Below, piece after piece: positions 36,801-50,326 of a stretch of DNA of 64,000 nucleotides. Each line of letters starts with the position of its first letter. Position 1 is the first letter of the stretch. A program made the position numbers and the translations under genes. The notes under the pieces are model-generated. The model was given only the letters and a program-made list of their open reading frames with translations. It was not told where the DNA came from and made no database searches. Source of the stretch: Azolla caroliniana. Its lineage: Eukaryota > Plantae > Polypodiophyta. The stretch covers positions 16,616,001 to 16,680,000 of the forward strand of contig JBHGNT010000010.1 of assembly GCA_043228905.1 (NCBI GenBank), written 5' to 3'.

Positions 36801-39800
36801 TGTTTGGAATATTTCCGGCTACAGTGTGAAACCGGGGTGGAATAGGGCAAGTCGGTGGTGTGCAACATGTGCACATGTATAGTAGGAGACGATGTATAGA
36901 ATAAAGGGGCGGTTTTGTCCCACATTGTAACGCTCTCCCCTCCTTGGTCTATAAAAGGAGGGAGGGGTCCCTTGTTGAGGGGTTGCCCATTTTGAGTTAG
37001 GGGGGTATACCGTTAGATTTAGGGTTTGGTAGTTCTTGGTCTTCATCTTTCTCTTATTCCCTTAGGGTTTGTACTTTGGTCCATTCACCCTATTTCGTTT
37101 AGGGTTTTCTTCTTCTTTGTCTTATGGGTTTGATTCCTTCTTCTTGAGTGGAGGTTTAGTACTTCGTCTCGTTCTTCATCTTGTGAGACATTAAGGGGGA
37201 TTTAGGGTTTCGGGTTTCTTTATGTGATCTAGGTTTCATAAGCTTGGGGTTTTGGGTTTACCTTCTTCTTGGTCGAGTTAGTGTTTTGGTTTGGGGTTTC
37301 TACAACAGCGGCTCTTCGGCATTCCGGGGGCGGCAGTTGAAGGTTCGGTTTCCTTTCCTCGATGGAGAGAGTTTCTCATGGTGGCCGGTTTGAGAAGGGA
37401 GGGCGAAGTGGCACGGGAACACTCCATCGTCTTCGGTGCGTGACCAACGATGGACGTCGCGGTCCTGTCGACCCACTTGACTCGCCTTCACCAGTCCCCA
37501 TTCTTATCTTGATGTATTAGCCGATTGTTTGTAATAGCCACCGGATTCGGGCATGTAACCGTCTTGTTGTAAAACTCTTGTAATATATATTCATGTTAGT
37601 GTATATCTATCTTCCTTGTAACATATTTGAGTCGGGTCCATATTCGCGGTGAACCGTCTTTTTGTCAAACCCTACATTCGTTGGAGTTGGAAGCCGATTC
37701 CGGACCGAAGCCTACAAAGCTTAAGGACTCCACCATTCGTCTCCCTAGTCCAAGAGCCCCGTGGTCCCACCTAAGATCCTACACGTACCCGCGGAATACC
37801 GCAACATCTTTGGTGAATCCGACGTGAAAGGCGGCAAGGGAGAATGGAGGTGGATGAAGAAGGCTTCATGGTGAAGGCAATGTCAAAGGCGATGATGAAC
37901 ATACACGAAAGAAGGGTGGACAAGAAACGGTTTGGAAGCCGTTGAGAGTGCGGTCGAAGAAGTTGACCATTGTAGTGGGGACGGGGTCCGCAAAATTTTA
38001 AAGCCTACGATGCTCGGATTGAGAAGCAATGAGGAGATGTATGAGAGGCAACGAGGCTAAAGTGTTTGCCGGGTGGTGGTAGCCGTATGGCATGAAGAGG
38101 TCAAAGAGCTTCAAGAAGGTCACGGTTCGGGTTCCTTCGACGGAGTTACCGAAGATGCACAAGCATGAGGGGTCGAAGGAATGGAGTCAGCATGAGCTCG
38201 ACCGAAGGGGCATCGTCGATAAGCACCGACCAACGTGGTACATGTGTGCTCGTTAGAGGGAGAAGCGAAGGCCGAGGATGAGGCCGAGGACTCGAGGGTA
38301 GCCGGTACTACCTCAAAGGCGAAACATCGAGCAATGAAGAAGCAAGCATGAACAAAGCTTGCTTGATTAGGAGAAGGGGAAAACGAAGACAGGTCCTATG
38401 GGTCACCTCACACCGGGTCTAGAGACTTCGGCAGTCGGCATCAGATCTGATGTAAGACCAAGATATTGATGGTGGCGGCAGGACAACGGGACCCAGCAAT
38501 CCCGAGAGTGATGGGCGGACCCGGACGAGAACCGGGCAGAGCGGACTTCCGGATAACTGGTCCAGAAGGGAGGAGATAGCAAGCCTACGGAGAGGCCGGG
38601 AACACGGTACATCGGTACCACGGGAGAGGGTGTGGAGCGAGCCACCCTCTCAACACGCGAAGAAGGAAGACCCAAGATAAGGGTCAAAGATACAGCAACC
38701 CCAAGGAGGATCCTCCTTGGGCCTAGAGTAACGAACGTTGGTAGCGAGGGGACAAAGGCAAAGGACTGCGGATGGGCGGTGTATGGAGATCCTCACACCG
38801 ATCCGGCGGTCGGCCCGAGAGCCGGTGCGAGTCCTATAGGAAGGGACGGTGGAGGCAGGTGAACGTGACCAGCAGAAGAGGCCGGTAACCGGTACATCGG
38901 TACCACGAGAGAGGGTGCGGAGCGAGCCACCCTCTCGACATGCGGAGAAGGATGCCCCGGGACAGGGTTAGGAAGACAAAACGAGACCCAAGGAGGATCC
39001 TTCATACCGTATCTAGAGACTTTGGCAATCGGCGACAGAGCCGATGTAAGACCAAGAGACTAACGGTGGCAGCGAGGAGACGAGGCGGAAGGCAGGGAAG
39101 GACCGGTCCTATGGGACCCTCACACCAATCCGAAGACACCAGCAGTTCAAGCCGACATGGCAATGTGAGACCGAGTGAGAGGGATGGTGGCGGCAGGTGA
39201 ATGGGATCAAGCAAAAGGGACGACAATCGACCACTAACTGAAACCGGGCCGAAAGACAATGCGGAAGGCGGGAGAGAGGAAGAAAGAACGGTCCTATAGG
39301 ATCCTCACACCAATCCGGAGACACCGGCAGTTCAAGCCGACGTGGCAACATGAGACCAAGTGAGAAGGATGGTGGCGGAAGGAAATGGGAACCGGCGATA
39401 CACGAAAGAGCGGATTGGGAGCCGGTGAGATGGAAGCCTGCCAGACTCGAATTGAAGAAGGGGCGAACCCTTACCGGCCGGTTACGGTTTCGGAAGGAGC
39501 TGGTAAGCGCAAGCAAGGAGCGGTGTACCAAGCCGGAAAGGCACACCCCGGAGCAGATCTAGAGATGTGCATGTGGCCATAAAGGGCCGGTTTGAAGCAC
39601 AAGTATGGGACGGTGTTCAGCTCGGGCGGTGCCGAACAAGGACGACGGAAGATGGCACACGGCGGTGCCGGGAACGAGGGAACATGGGTGCGCAACAGAC
39701 TACACGGTTGAAGATTGGAGACGGTATCAAGAGCCGGAGAAAGATCTCGGCGGCTCATCGGAGTGGCAACGACTGGCGTGGCAAGCCAAACCCGATTTGA

Positions 39801-39900
39801 TAAGCCGGTGGGTGTGAGGGGACGACGGCAAGCAGAAGGCTCGAAACCCTTCACAGTGGCGCGAGGCGAAAGGGAGCCAAGCGGGCTACTACGGGGTGTT
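36801..39900 (+). mobile_element. Gypsy-related element A, gag relic only, 5' half (LTR 36801-37806, tRNA-Trp PBS 37811-37827)
   Basis: LTR start is homologous to the LTR at 45858-46490; PBS TGGTGAATCCGACGTGA; degenerate gag followed by ~150-300-bp direct repeats; no pol or 3' LTR seen. Right end approximate. Confidence 0.7.
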
Positions 39901-39919
39901 CCTTGGACACGGAGGACAC

Positions 39920-42695
39920 TTTGGCCTCGGCAGCCCTCTCTAAAAATCCTCCCGGTTCTCGCCACTGAGGGAAATTGGACCGAATGGCGCTCGTCTTGGC
40001 TTTTGATCCTCGCTTAGGCCGAACCGTTGTCCAGAACCTTGGTCTCCATTCGCGCCGCCGTGATGTATGGTTCCCCTAATATGACCGGGTGCGAGGACGT
40101 CTCCTGTACGAAGAAGTGCTGGTCAATCTCGACGTCGCCAATCTTGACTCGCACGTTCGGGCAGGCCCCGTGCAGTTCCTCGGTGGCGCGCGTCGCCGCT
40201 CGTATCTTCCACCCGTGCTTGGTGTTGATCGGCCACTTCGCCTTCTTATAGAAGTCCATGGACATTAGGTTTATTTCCGAACCGTGATCCACCAATGCCA
40301 CCACCGGTTCCTGAACATCTCTGATCTTTACCGGGGTCTCCGTGGTCGCTCGGGCCCAGTGCGGCCTTGAATAGTGGCTCTCCGCCCACTCATCTTCCAG
40401 CGCCATGTCGTCGATGTGCGTCGTCCGCACCTCCACCGGTCTTTCCGGTTCCGTCTCCGTCGACAGCCTCTTCCGTTTCACCAGGTCCACAATGGAGTCG
40501 TGGAACTCCTTTGCGATCCCTAGCACCTCTCGCAATGACAGCTCCACTTTGCTGTCGAGGATCCGTTCTTCTAGGACCTTTCGTAGGTCCGTAGTCCTTT
40601 CTATTTCCGTCCCCAGTCGGTATCCGCCCTTCCTGGGGTTATCTTGCGAGCTGGACCCCTCCAGCATCGTTCCGTCATTGCCCGAATCGGGTCTCGTACC
40701 GTTGTGAGGTCTCGGCCGCTCCGGCTTTCCCCACTCGTTTGTCTTCTACCAGAGCCTCGTAGTTCCGGCAGGCGGCTTCTACGAAACCCGTCTTCTCCTC
40801 GACCAGATCGCTCCACCCGGTTATTTCCTGGAACCGTCTCTCAGCGCGGTCCGTTTCATCTTTCCTTAGCTGTGCGCCGGCAAGGCCTTCCAGCATTGCC
40901 GACCAGAACCCGTCCTTGCTCCCCTTTCGGGCCTCGTTGCCCCCGACCCGAATACCGGCCGACGCCGAGTAGTGGATGGCCTCCACGTGTCGGGCCGCTG
41001 CCTCTTCCATCAGTCTCTTCATACCTCCTCGCCCGTCGTTTCGGTTTAGGGCCCTTCTGGTGTCGCCGGCGTGCACCCGACCTTCCCACAGGTACACCAC
41101 CCGATTCCTCAACGCTTCTGCGAAATCGCCGCAGTCCTTCCGGATGTGGCCGACCTCGTTGCACCACATGCACCTGTTCCCTGCTACCGGCCGTCGGTCA
41201 CGAGCCGGTTCGCCGCCTTCCCTTCGAGTCTGGGCGAGCTGGAGATCCTTTATCACCCGCGTCAACTCGTCCAGCGCTGCTCCTCCGGACGAGCCACTGA
41301 CCATGCCGGTCGAAGCAGGACCGGTTTCGAGCCATTCCCAGGTTTCTTCCCTTCGCCCTTGCGGTGCCGGTTCAAGCGTCCTTGCTGTGACAGAGCCCGC
41401 ACCAGCCGCCCCGTTGTCAGCCCATTCTCGTCGTTTGTCGAAACGGCCACAGACTCTCTTAACCGCAGCCCAGTCGGTCGTCAACCCATCTTCGGTTTCC
41501 AGCAAGGAGCCGACTTGATCCCGGTCTCGCTCGTCCACCGACTTGACGAACAGTAGGACCCGGCTCGTATCCAGAACGGTTCGGTCAAGCGCCAAAAGGC
41601 GCGCAAAGCGTTCTTCGAACTCCCGGAGGAGTGCCGACGTGTTTCTTCCCTTGCCGGGGGACTCCACCCATTCCATGAAGTCCCGTTTCGAAAGCCGGAG
41701 CGCATCGTCCAGCCCGTATTTTTCTAGGAGTCGGCCTTCGAACTCCTCCCAGGTACGACTATCCGCCCGTACCTCGAGCACCTCCACATGGATGCTCGGC
41801 ATCGCCACTCGAGGGAACCCGGCAAGACGCCTCTCTTCCGGAATGTCCCGCAACAGCATTTCTACCCCGTAGGACGCCAAATACTTTGTGGCATCCTTTC
41901 CGCTGAACCGGCCGATCGTACCGACGACCGCCTCAATGGCTCTGTCGAGGGCGCCGGAGCCCTCGCGTGCGCTCAATATCCGATCCACGGCCGAAGCCAT
42001 GGCCTCCGCAAGATCCGACCCTTTCATCTTCTGCTCTTCTGCCGCCTCCTTCACGTCGGGTTCACCAAGATGTCGAGGTATTCCTCGCGGATGCGTGGAA
42101 TGAGGCGGGACCTCGGGGGTCTTGTACCGAAGAGCAAGAGAGAAAGGAGAAGGAAAGAGGTCCACTAGGTGCGAGCGTAGATCCACAGGGACACGACCCT
42201 TCGACACGAAGACGCGAGCGGGAAACCAACACAGAGAGACACGAAGGAATTTATGTGAATATTAACAGAGACAAACAACAAAAACACGAAGTCGGTTACA
42301 ACCGAACAGGCCGGCGAACAGATGCCGATGCCTGTTCGTAAACGCACAGAAAGAAAGAAGTAGGTTGGAGGTGCTGCCGGAAGCACTCGGGCATTCCTCA
42401 GAGCCTCCCGAAACCTGCACAGAAAGAAGCTATGGAGTTTGGAAGAGAGAGAAGCCTTCGGCCCACAATCCGACAATACTTCATCCTCTCTTATTTCGCG
42501 ATCCCCTCGCCCCTCCTCGTCTCCCTCCTTTTATAGGCAAGGAAGGAGTCGTTTCCCATTAACTCCCTTCCTACCGAATCTACCTCCCTAGGATCTTCTA
42601 TGTACAACATTCTCTCTTATGTACAACGCGCAAGAAGAGCCGGTTCCTACGCTCCGGCGCACCGATTCCGCTCGTGGATGGTTTTCTTCACAACA
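39920..42695 (-). mobile_element. Truncated Ty3/gypsy element B (5' LTR 42695-42071, PBS 42067-42051, gag-protease), same family as 47637-54484
   Basis: Gag with zinc knuckle CMWCNEVGHIRKDC (40675-42030) and protease LVDHGSEINLM (40014-40667); ends just after the GAGGATTTTTAG site. Confidence 0.88.
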
Positions 42696-43340
42696 ACGCA
42701 ACTACTAGATGATTTTGGCGAAAGTCAGGAGGACCTGTTTCACCAGATCATGCAAGCCGGCAACACGCGAACAAACGAGGAATCCATCGCGATACCAATT
42801 CCGGATACTGCCGAACAAGAGGAACCTCAACCCATGTCACCAAAAATTACCACTACGGTGGATAGCACGGAATGGCGAGCGGAGCCCCCCGCAATACCAG
42901 AAAGAGAAACCGCTGACCAAGAGGAACCCCAACCACCGGAGCGTATGACTACGGCTGACATCACGGAGGACGTTCCGGACCAAGAGGAACCCCAACCCCA
43001 CTCACCGGAGCGTACGACTACGACCGACATCACGGAGGAAGTTATGGACGAAACAAAACCGCAACCTACCGCAAACCCGCTGACGGCTGAACCAACCACA
43101 ATATCACAAGAAGAGCCAGCAGAACCCGGACCGCCCACACAGGAAGCCAATGATACTATGGGAAGCCCTCCCGAGCAAACAGGGGAACCACACAACGATG
43201 CGCCTATGGGCCCTACGCCATCCCCGGACTCGGACACCGGAGCAGAACCAAACATTAGGGCCATTTTGGAGGACGACGGGTGGGTCCGACGTGCCATGGC
43301 ACTGTCCTACAATCGTGTTAGGTGTTGCCCGTCGGAATAG
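42696..43340 (+). other. Acidic P/E/T-rich ORF remnant with three internal repeats, probably from another element
   Basis: Repeats of [DE]QEEPQP..PE..TT.DITE; a TATA-like motif follows at ~43439; no recognisable domain. Confidence 0.35.
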
Positions 43341-43719
43341 TAACCGACGGACAAGAGCGCAGAAATATAGAATATATTAATATTGTAACGCATGTAAACG
43401 GTTCACGCGGGAAGCGTGAACGGCTAAAGGACACTGCGTATATAAAGGGCAGAAAACCTCTGATAGAGGTAGCGTGTAATTTTGAATGTAAGAGGCGTAT
43501 CTTAATAGAGTTCTATCTTCTCTGATCCCTATGCGTATCTGTGGTTAATCTATTGTGTGTATGTGATTCTTGGTGTCGTAGCGTAGTTGTAAGAGCGTAG
43601 GCTTGAGTAACAATGTGGTGGCTAGTCCACGGTCTAAGGAGTTCGGTTGTAGCCGACTCCCTTATATGCTGCTAGGATATGGGAGGTATCCCACTAAGTA
43701 TTACGCTACGATGATACCA

Positions 43720-46490
43720 TTTGTTGCAACACAATCGCTTTGAGGTTTAGGTCGAAGGACTGACCGTAGACCATGTTCCTAATCGGTAACACCCGGTGTG
43801 AGGTGACCCATAGGACCTGTCTTCGTTTCCCCATCCGGATTGGTTGTATTGGCCGTAACCTCCACGTCCTTGCCGCCATCTTCCGTCTCTTAGGTCTTCC
43901 GTCGGTCCTCAGATGCAACCGCCTAAGTCTCGAGAACGAGTGTGGAGGACCCATACTTCAGCCAACCGCCTCTTCTGTTTCTCCCCCGTCGCCGTTAATC
44001 CCTTCCTTTCGCTTCCCTTCCATCTCCCTTCTCTTTCGGACTCGCGTTGCCTTGTTGGCTTGAACTGCCGAAGTCTCTGGTCAAGATGCGGGGTAACCGA
44101 TTTCGTAACGTCTTTCGGTGACTCGTCCCAGGCCACCGACCCTTTTAGTGGTGTCGAGGGATAGCATCCACTCTGTGATCAACCAAGCCCCGCCTGAGCT
44201 TGATTCTCCAATGTCCGGAGTTTCGGCTCCGATGTCGATCCTGCCGGACTCGTTATGAACCCTTGATCACCTTCCTTTCGATTCCCGACCTTCCTCCGGT
44301 CGGTCTTTCTCCCCATGTAAAAGAGGGTGGCTCGTTCCACACCCTCTCCCGTATCGGCACCTTCATGCCAATACTAGCCCTGGTCGAACAATCCACGACC
44401 GGATCGCGCCCCACCTGATTCGGAGTGCAACGCGGGTTCGTCCCCAGTCGGGCCGTTTCATGGTTCCTTCGTCGACCTTCTCGCGGGCCATATCCCATCC
44501 GTCTTCGCTGGCATCGTGCCAGGACTCCTCGATACCGTCATCCATCTCCTCGGTCTCAGGTGGGTGTAAGGGCCAGGATGCCGAGTTCTCCGGAATCGGT
44601 TCCGAGGGCTTTTGTCCGCTCCTTCCTCGTATAATCTCACCGGCGATTCTCAGTCTCACGCCGCCGCCTTCCTCCTCTTGGGACTCACGTGGGCACTCGG
44701 GCCCGACTGCCATCGTCTTGGGAGCAAGAGTGGGAAGACGTGTAGAATCACCCGTCCTATTTGCGCCCTTGTTCGTAGTCACTGTCTCCTCGTGGTCAGT
44801 GGTCGTCTTCTTACCGATCGCGCAAGCCCCGCCTGGGCTTGCTTCTCCAATGTCCGGAATTTCGGGCTAACGTGCCCGAAACCGCCGGTCCCAAAGTTCC
44901 GATTCTGCGATCGGTATCTCGGCCTTGTCCTCGGTCATTGTATCTCCACAATCCGGGAGGGCATTTTGTTCCGCACCCTCTCCCATGGTACCGTCATACC
45001 GGTCTTCTGCCATCTCGTAGGGCAAGTCCGTCTCCTCGGTGTCGGCTTGCGGTCTCGATCTTTCCTCTTCCTCGAGCATTGCCTCGAGAGCTACGTATGC
45101 CTTTGCAATCCTAGCTCCGAAGCTGAGCCTTCCCGACTCTCTTTGCCGTTCGGCCTCTTCCTGCTGTGATGGCACGCCGTCACGCACCTTCCTCCTAGCC
45201 TTCTCGGCTCACTCGTCATCTAGCCATTGGCATAGCCTTCCGACCTTCGACCAGTCCTCCGTAAGGCCATTCGCTCCGTCCTCATCTTCGAGATCAATCT
45301 CGATGGCCTCCCGTTCCTCTCGATCGATCGACCTAACGAACAACAGGACCTTGTCCGCCCCCACCAAACCTTGTTCCCACTGCGAGAGCCGAGCTAGCCA
45401 TCGCTCGAACTCTCAAAACGCCTTCGTTGCGCCCCGATGGGTCTTCGCCGATGCCACCCACTGGTCGAAGCCGCGTCATCCCCGGCTTTTCCGCCATCCT
45501 CCATATGCCTGCAGGAGCGCCTCGTCGAAGGCCTCCCACGAACTATGAGCTTCTCGGAGCTCCTTCACTTCCGCGTGCATGCGGACGGTGACGACCCGAC
45601 AGATGAACGTCGGCCTTAATGCCTCTTCTACGTCTCGCTCCTCCATTTCCGCGTTGTAGGCTTCCAAGTAGAATGGAACTTTGTCCCCATTGAAACGGCC
45701 GACTCTTTCGACCACTCGCTCAACAGCTTGTTGCGCCATCTCCCTTCTTGTTGTTACTCGTCCAAACTCCCTCACCGCTTCGACAAAAAGTTGCGTGAAG
45801 TCGTCCTCTTCCAAGTCCATTCTCCCTTGCTGCCCTTCACGTCGGGTTCACCAAAGATGTCACGGTTTTCCGCGTGTGTGTGTCAAAGGGGCGGGACCAT
45901 GGGGGTCTCAGACGAGGAAGAGAAGGAAGGCGGGGAGCCGACTCCGGACATGTACCAAAGGATACCGAACACGAGAGAGAGAGAGAGAGCTTGCGTGCCA
46001 CCGACTCTTATGTACAGAAAACAAAAGGGGTAGAAACACCCGACACCATCAAAGACACCAATATGCACAAACATATATGAATAAATATATTACAAAAGGG
46101 GAAGATACAACCCCGGCTTCGAGCCGGCTACACTCAGAAGAAGAAGAAGAACTTAACCCAGACAGAGCTTTGCCGCCATGGCTACCGCGCCCAACTTCTC
46201 AAGGAGGAGAAGAAGAAGAAGACCACAAGAAAGTTACTAACCCTAGAAAATTCTTAACAAAATGACCCTCGACAAAAATGGTATACCCTTGTGACTCAAA
46301 ATGGGCAACCCCTTACAAGAGACCCCTCCCTTCCTTTTATAGCCCAAGGAGGGAGAGACGTTACAATGTGGGATAAATTCTCCCCCTTATTATATACACC
46401 ATTTTCCTACTATACATGTGCACATGTTGCACATTGCGGACTTGCCCATTCCATCCCGCTTTCACACTGTGGCCGAAAATCTTGACGACA
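43720..46490 (-). mobile_element. Gypsy-related element D, gag only, 5' half (LTR 46490-45858, PBS 45853-45837)
   Basis: TGTCGTC...GTGACA LTR; PBS TGGTGAACCCGACGTGA; gag MDLEEDD...VGRFNGDKV; shares GGTCCTATGGGTCACCTCACACCGGG with element A. Left end approximate. Confidence 0.75.
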
Positions 46491-46873
46491 CCGTGACCCT
46501 TAGATTTTGCGACCAACAAAACAACTTTTTTGTTCGAGTCGACATATTGCATTGCTCACTTGACGTCTGTAATGTCTCGGTTTGGCAAATGTTCCCCACC
46601 TACTACTGCAACCATTTTCTTCTGAGTAACTTCGTTAGATGGTTGCTCAATTTTGTCGTTGCTCAATTTCTTCCCTTTTTTGACATTTGTCCCCATAAAT
46701 TTTTTCGAGGCATCAACTAGTGAGTTTTGATATGTCAATTGGATTTTCTTTATAGGACGGTTGGTCTGAATCTCGGCAAACCTATTATAAAGAAGAAGTT
46801 GAGACATATCACTAATTGGGAACATAATTAAATGACTTTTGTGTGAAATATCCCCAACCCAAGTTAAAACATA

Positions 46874-47257
46874 TAGATACTATTGGAATGTCGATGTTGA
46901 AGCAACCTAGAGTGAATATTTAAGGACCAAAATGCTAGGCAATTGTGAAATGGAAATTGTTTTCACGCCATTTGGTTTATGACGAAGACAATACATTGAT
47001 TGGTACATCTGAAGATGACGAGAAAGAATCCTCATTGTATATTAGCTATAGTAGTGGTTCAAAGTATATTAGATACTATTGGAATGTTGATGCTGAAGCA
47101 ACCTAGAGTGAATATTTAAGGACCAGAATGCTAGGCAATTGTGAAATGGAAATTGTTTTCATGCCATTTGGTTTATGACGAAGACAATACATTGATTGGT
47201 ACATCTGAAGATGACGAGGAAGAATCCTCATTGTATATTAGCTATAGTAGTGGTTCA
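46874..47257. repeat. Tandem duplication, ~196-bp period
   Basis: TAGATACTATTGGAATG...GTAGTGGTTCA repeated nearly identically at 46874 and 47070. Confidence 0.9.
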
Positions 47258-48314
47258 CGATATTGACGTAGTTAACTCCTGAATGTATTTTTGGCAATAG
47301 AATGTAACCAAATTAAGCTTGTAACAACTCAAATGATATAACAATTTATTGTTTTGAAATATTTCACTTCTTGCAAATATCATTTCTTTGAATTAAACAT
47401 TAGTTGTGAATTTTACGATAAAAGTGATTGAATGTCACTTTAGTAATTGCCCACTTTTTGTGTTTTCTCAATTTTATGAAAAGTTGGAATTTTAAGCATT
47501 TCCATTGAACCTTTGAGAATATATGATATAGGTATCAATGTGTTTCGTCAAAAGGTTAAAAAAAGTCCTGAAATCTAATAGAATATTCCTTTTCCTTCCA
47601 TTTGTGCGCAATCCTTCCACTTGTGAACGCGAACGTTGTCGTGAAGAAAACCGTCCACAAGCGGAATCGGTGCACCGGAGCGTAGGAACCAGCTCTTCGT
47701 GCACATGCGCCTTATGTTGTACATAGAAGATCCTAGGCAGGTAGATTCGATAGGTAGGGAAATGGCTCCTTCCTTACCTATAAAAGGAGGGAGACGAGGA
47801 GGGGCGAAGGATCGCGGAGAGTCGAGGACGAAGTGCTATCGGTTTGCGGGCGAAGGCTTCTCTCTCTCTCTCTCTCTGGTTCGCAAACGCCATAGCTTCC
47901 TTCTATGCAGGTTTCGGGAGGCTCGCGCTGCTCTGAGAAATGCCCGAGTGCTTCCGGAAGCACCTCCAACCTACTCCTTCCTCTCTGTGCGTTTACGAGC
48001 AAGTATCGGCATCTGTTCGCCGGCCTGTTCGGTTGTAACCGACTTCGTGTTTTGTTGTCTTCGTGTTCTTGTTGTTTGTCTTCGTTAATACATACATACA
48101 TTCGTGTCTTTCTGTGTCGCTGTCCCACTTGCGTCTTTGTGTCGAAGGGCCGTGTCCTTGTGGATCTACGCTCGCACGAAGAGGGTTTCTTCCCCTTCCT
48201 CTCTTGCTCTTTGGTACAGGACCCCCGAGGTTCCGCCTCATTCCACGCATCCGCGAGGAATACCTCGACATCTTTGGTGAACCCGACGTGAAGGAGGCGG
48301 CAGAAGAGCAGAAG

Positions 48315-50326
48315 ATGAAAGGGTCGGATCTTGCAGAGGCCATGGCTTCGACCGTAGATCGGATATTGAGTGCACACGAGGGCACCGGCGCCCTCGACAG
48401 AGCCATTGAGGCGGTCTTCGGTACGATCGGCCGGTTCAGCGGAAAGGATGCCACGAAGTATTTGGCGTCCTACGGGGCAGAAATGTTGATGCGGGACATT
48501 CCGGAAGAGAGGCTTCTTGCCGGGTTTCCTCGAGTGGCGATGCTGAGCATCCATGCGGACGTGCTCGAGGTGCGGGCGGAGAGCCGTACCTGGGAGGAGT
48601 TCGAAGGCCGACTCCTAGAAAAATACGGGCTGGACGACGCGCTCCGACTTTCGAAACGGGACTTCATGGAATGGGTGGAGTTCCCCGGCAAGGGAAGAAA
48701 CACGACGGCACTCCTCCGGGAGTTCGAAGAACGCTTTGTGCGCCTTTCGGCGCTTGACCGAACCGTTCTGGATACGAGCCGGGTCCTACTGTTCGTCAAG
48801 TCGGTGGACGAGCGGGACCGGGACCAAGTCGGCTCCTTGCTGGAAACCGAGGACGGGCTGACAACCGACTGGGCTGCGGTTAAGAGAGTCTGTGGCCGTT
48901 TCGATAAACGGCGAGAATGGGCTGACAACGGGGCGGCTGGTGCGGGCTTTGTCAGAGCAAGGGGGCTTGAACCGGCACCGCAAGTGTGAAGGGAAGAGTC
49001 CCGGGAATGGCTCGGAACCGGTCCGGCTTCGACTGGCATGGTCAATGGCTCGTCCGGAGGAGCAGCACTGGACGAGTTGACGCGGCCGATAAAGGATCTC
49101 CAGATCGCCGAGACTCGAAGGGAAGGCAACGAACCGGCTCGTGACCGACAACCGGCAGTAGGGAACAGGTGCATGTGGTGCGACGAGGTCGGCCACATCC
49201 GGAAGGACTGCGGCGATTTCGCAGAAGCGTTGAGGAACCGGGTGGTGTACCTGTGGGAAGGCCGGGTGCACGCCGGCGACACCAGGACGGCCTTGAACCG
49301 AAACGACGGACGAGGAGGTATGAAGAGACTGATGGAAGAGGCAGCGGCCCGACACGTGGAAGTCATCCACTACTCGGCGTCGGCCGGCATTCGGGTCGGG
49401 TGCAGCGAGGCCCGAAAGGAGGGCAAAGACGGATTCTGGGCGGCAATGCTGGAAGGTCTTGCCGGCGCACGGCTAAAGGAAGATGAAACGGACCGCGCTG
49501 AGAGACGGGTCCGAGAAATAACCGGGTGGAGCGATCCGGTCGAGGAGAAGACGGGATTCGTAGAAGCCGCCTGCCGGAACTACGAGGCTCTGGTAGAAGA
49601 CAAGCGAGTGGGGAAAGCCGGAGCGGTCGGGCCCTCACAACGATACGAGACCCGATTCGGGCAGCGACGGAACGATGCCGGTGGGTCCGGCTTGCAAGAT
49701 AACCCCAGGAAGGGCGGATACCGATTGGGGACGGAAATAGAAAGGACTACTGACCTACGAAAGGTCCTAGAAGAACGGATCCGGAAAGACCGGTAGAGGT
49801 GCGAACGACGCACATCGACGACTCGGCGCTGGCAGATGAGTGGGCGGAGAGCCACTATTCGAGGCCACACTGGGCCCGAGCGACAACGGAGACCCCGGTA
49901 AAGATCAGAGATGTTCAGGAACCGGTGGTGGCGTCGGTGGACCACGGTTCAGAAATAAACCTGATGTCCATGGACTTCTATAAGAAGGGGAAGTGGCCGA
50001 TCAACACCAAGCACGGGTGGAAGATACGGGCGGCGATGCGCGCCACCGAGGAACTGCATGGGGCTTGCCCGAACGTGCGAGTCAAGATCGGCGACGTCGA
50101 GATTGACCAGCACTTCTTCGTAGAGGAGACGTCCTCGCACCCGGTCATATTAGGTGAACCATACATCACGGCGGCGCGAATGGAGACCAAGGTGTTGGAC
50201 AACGGTTCGGCCTACGCGAGGGTCAAAAGCCAGGACGGGCGCCATTCGGTCCAATTTCTGACGGTGCGGCCGAACCACGAGAGAAACCGCGAATCCCTCG
50301 ATGGCGAGAACCGGGAGGATTTTTAG
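48315..50326 (+). pseudogene. Gypsy gag-protease, disrupted by a stop (48987-48989) and an internal deletion near 49780
   Basis: Zinc knuckle CMWCDEVGHIRKDC and protease SVDHGSEINLM; comparison with element B shows the lesions. Confidence 0.85.

Noticed and set aside
37015-37300. TAGGGTTT telomere-like motifs (also 54690-54890)
   Set aside because: Dispersed telo-box-like motifs, not a tandem telomeric array.
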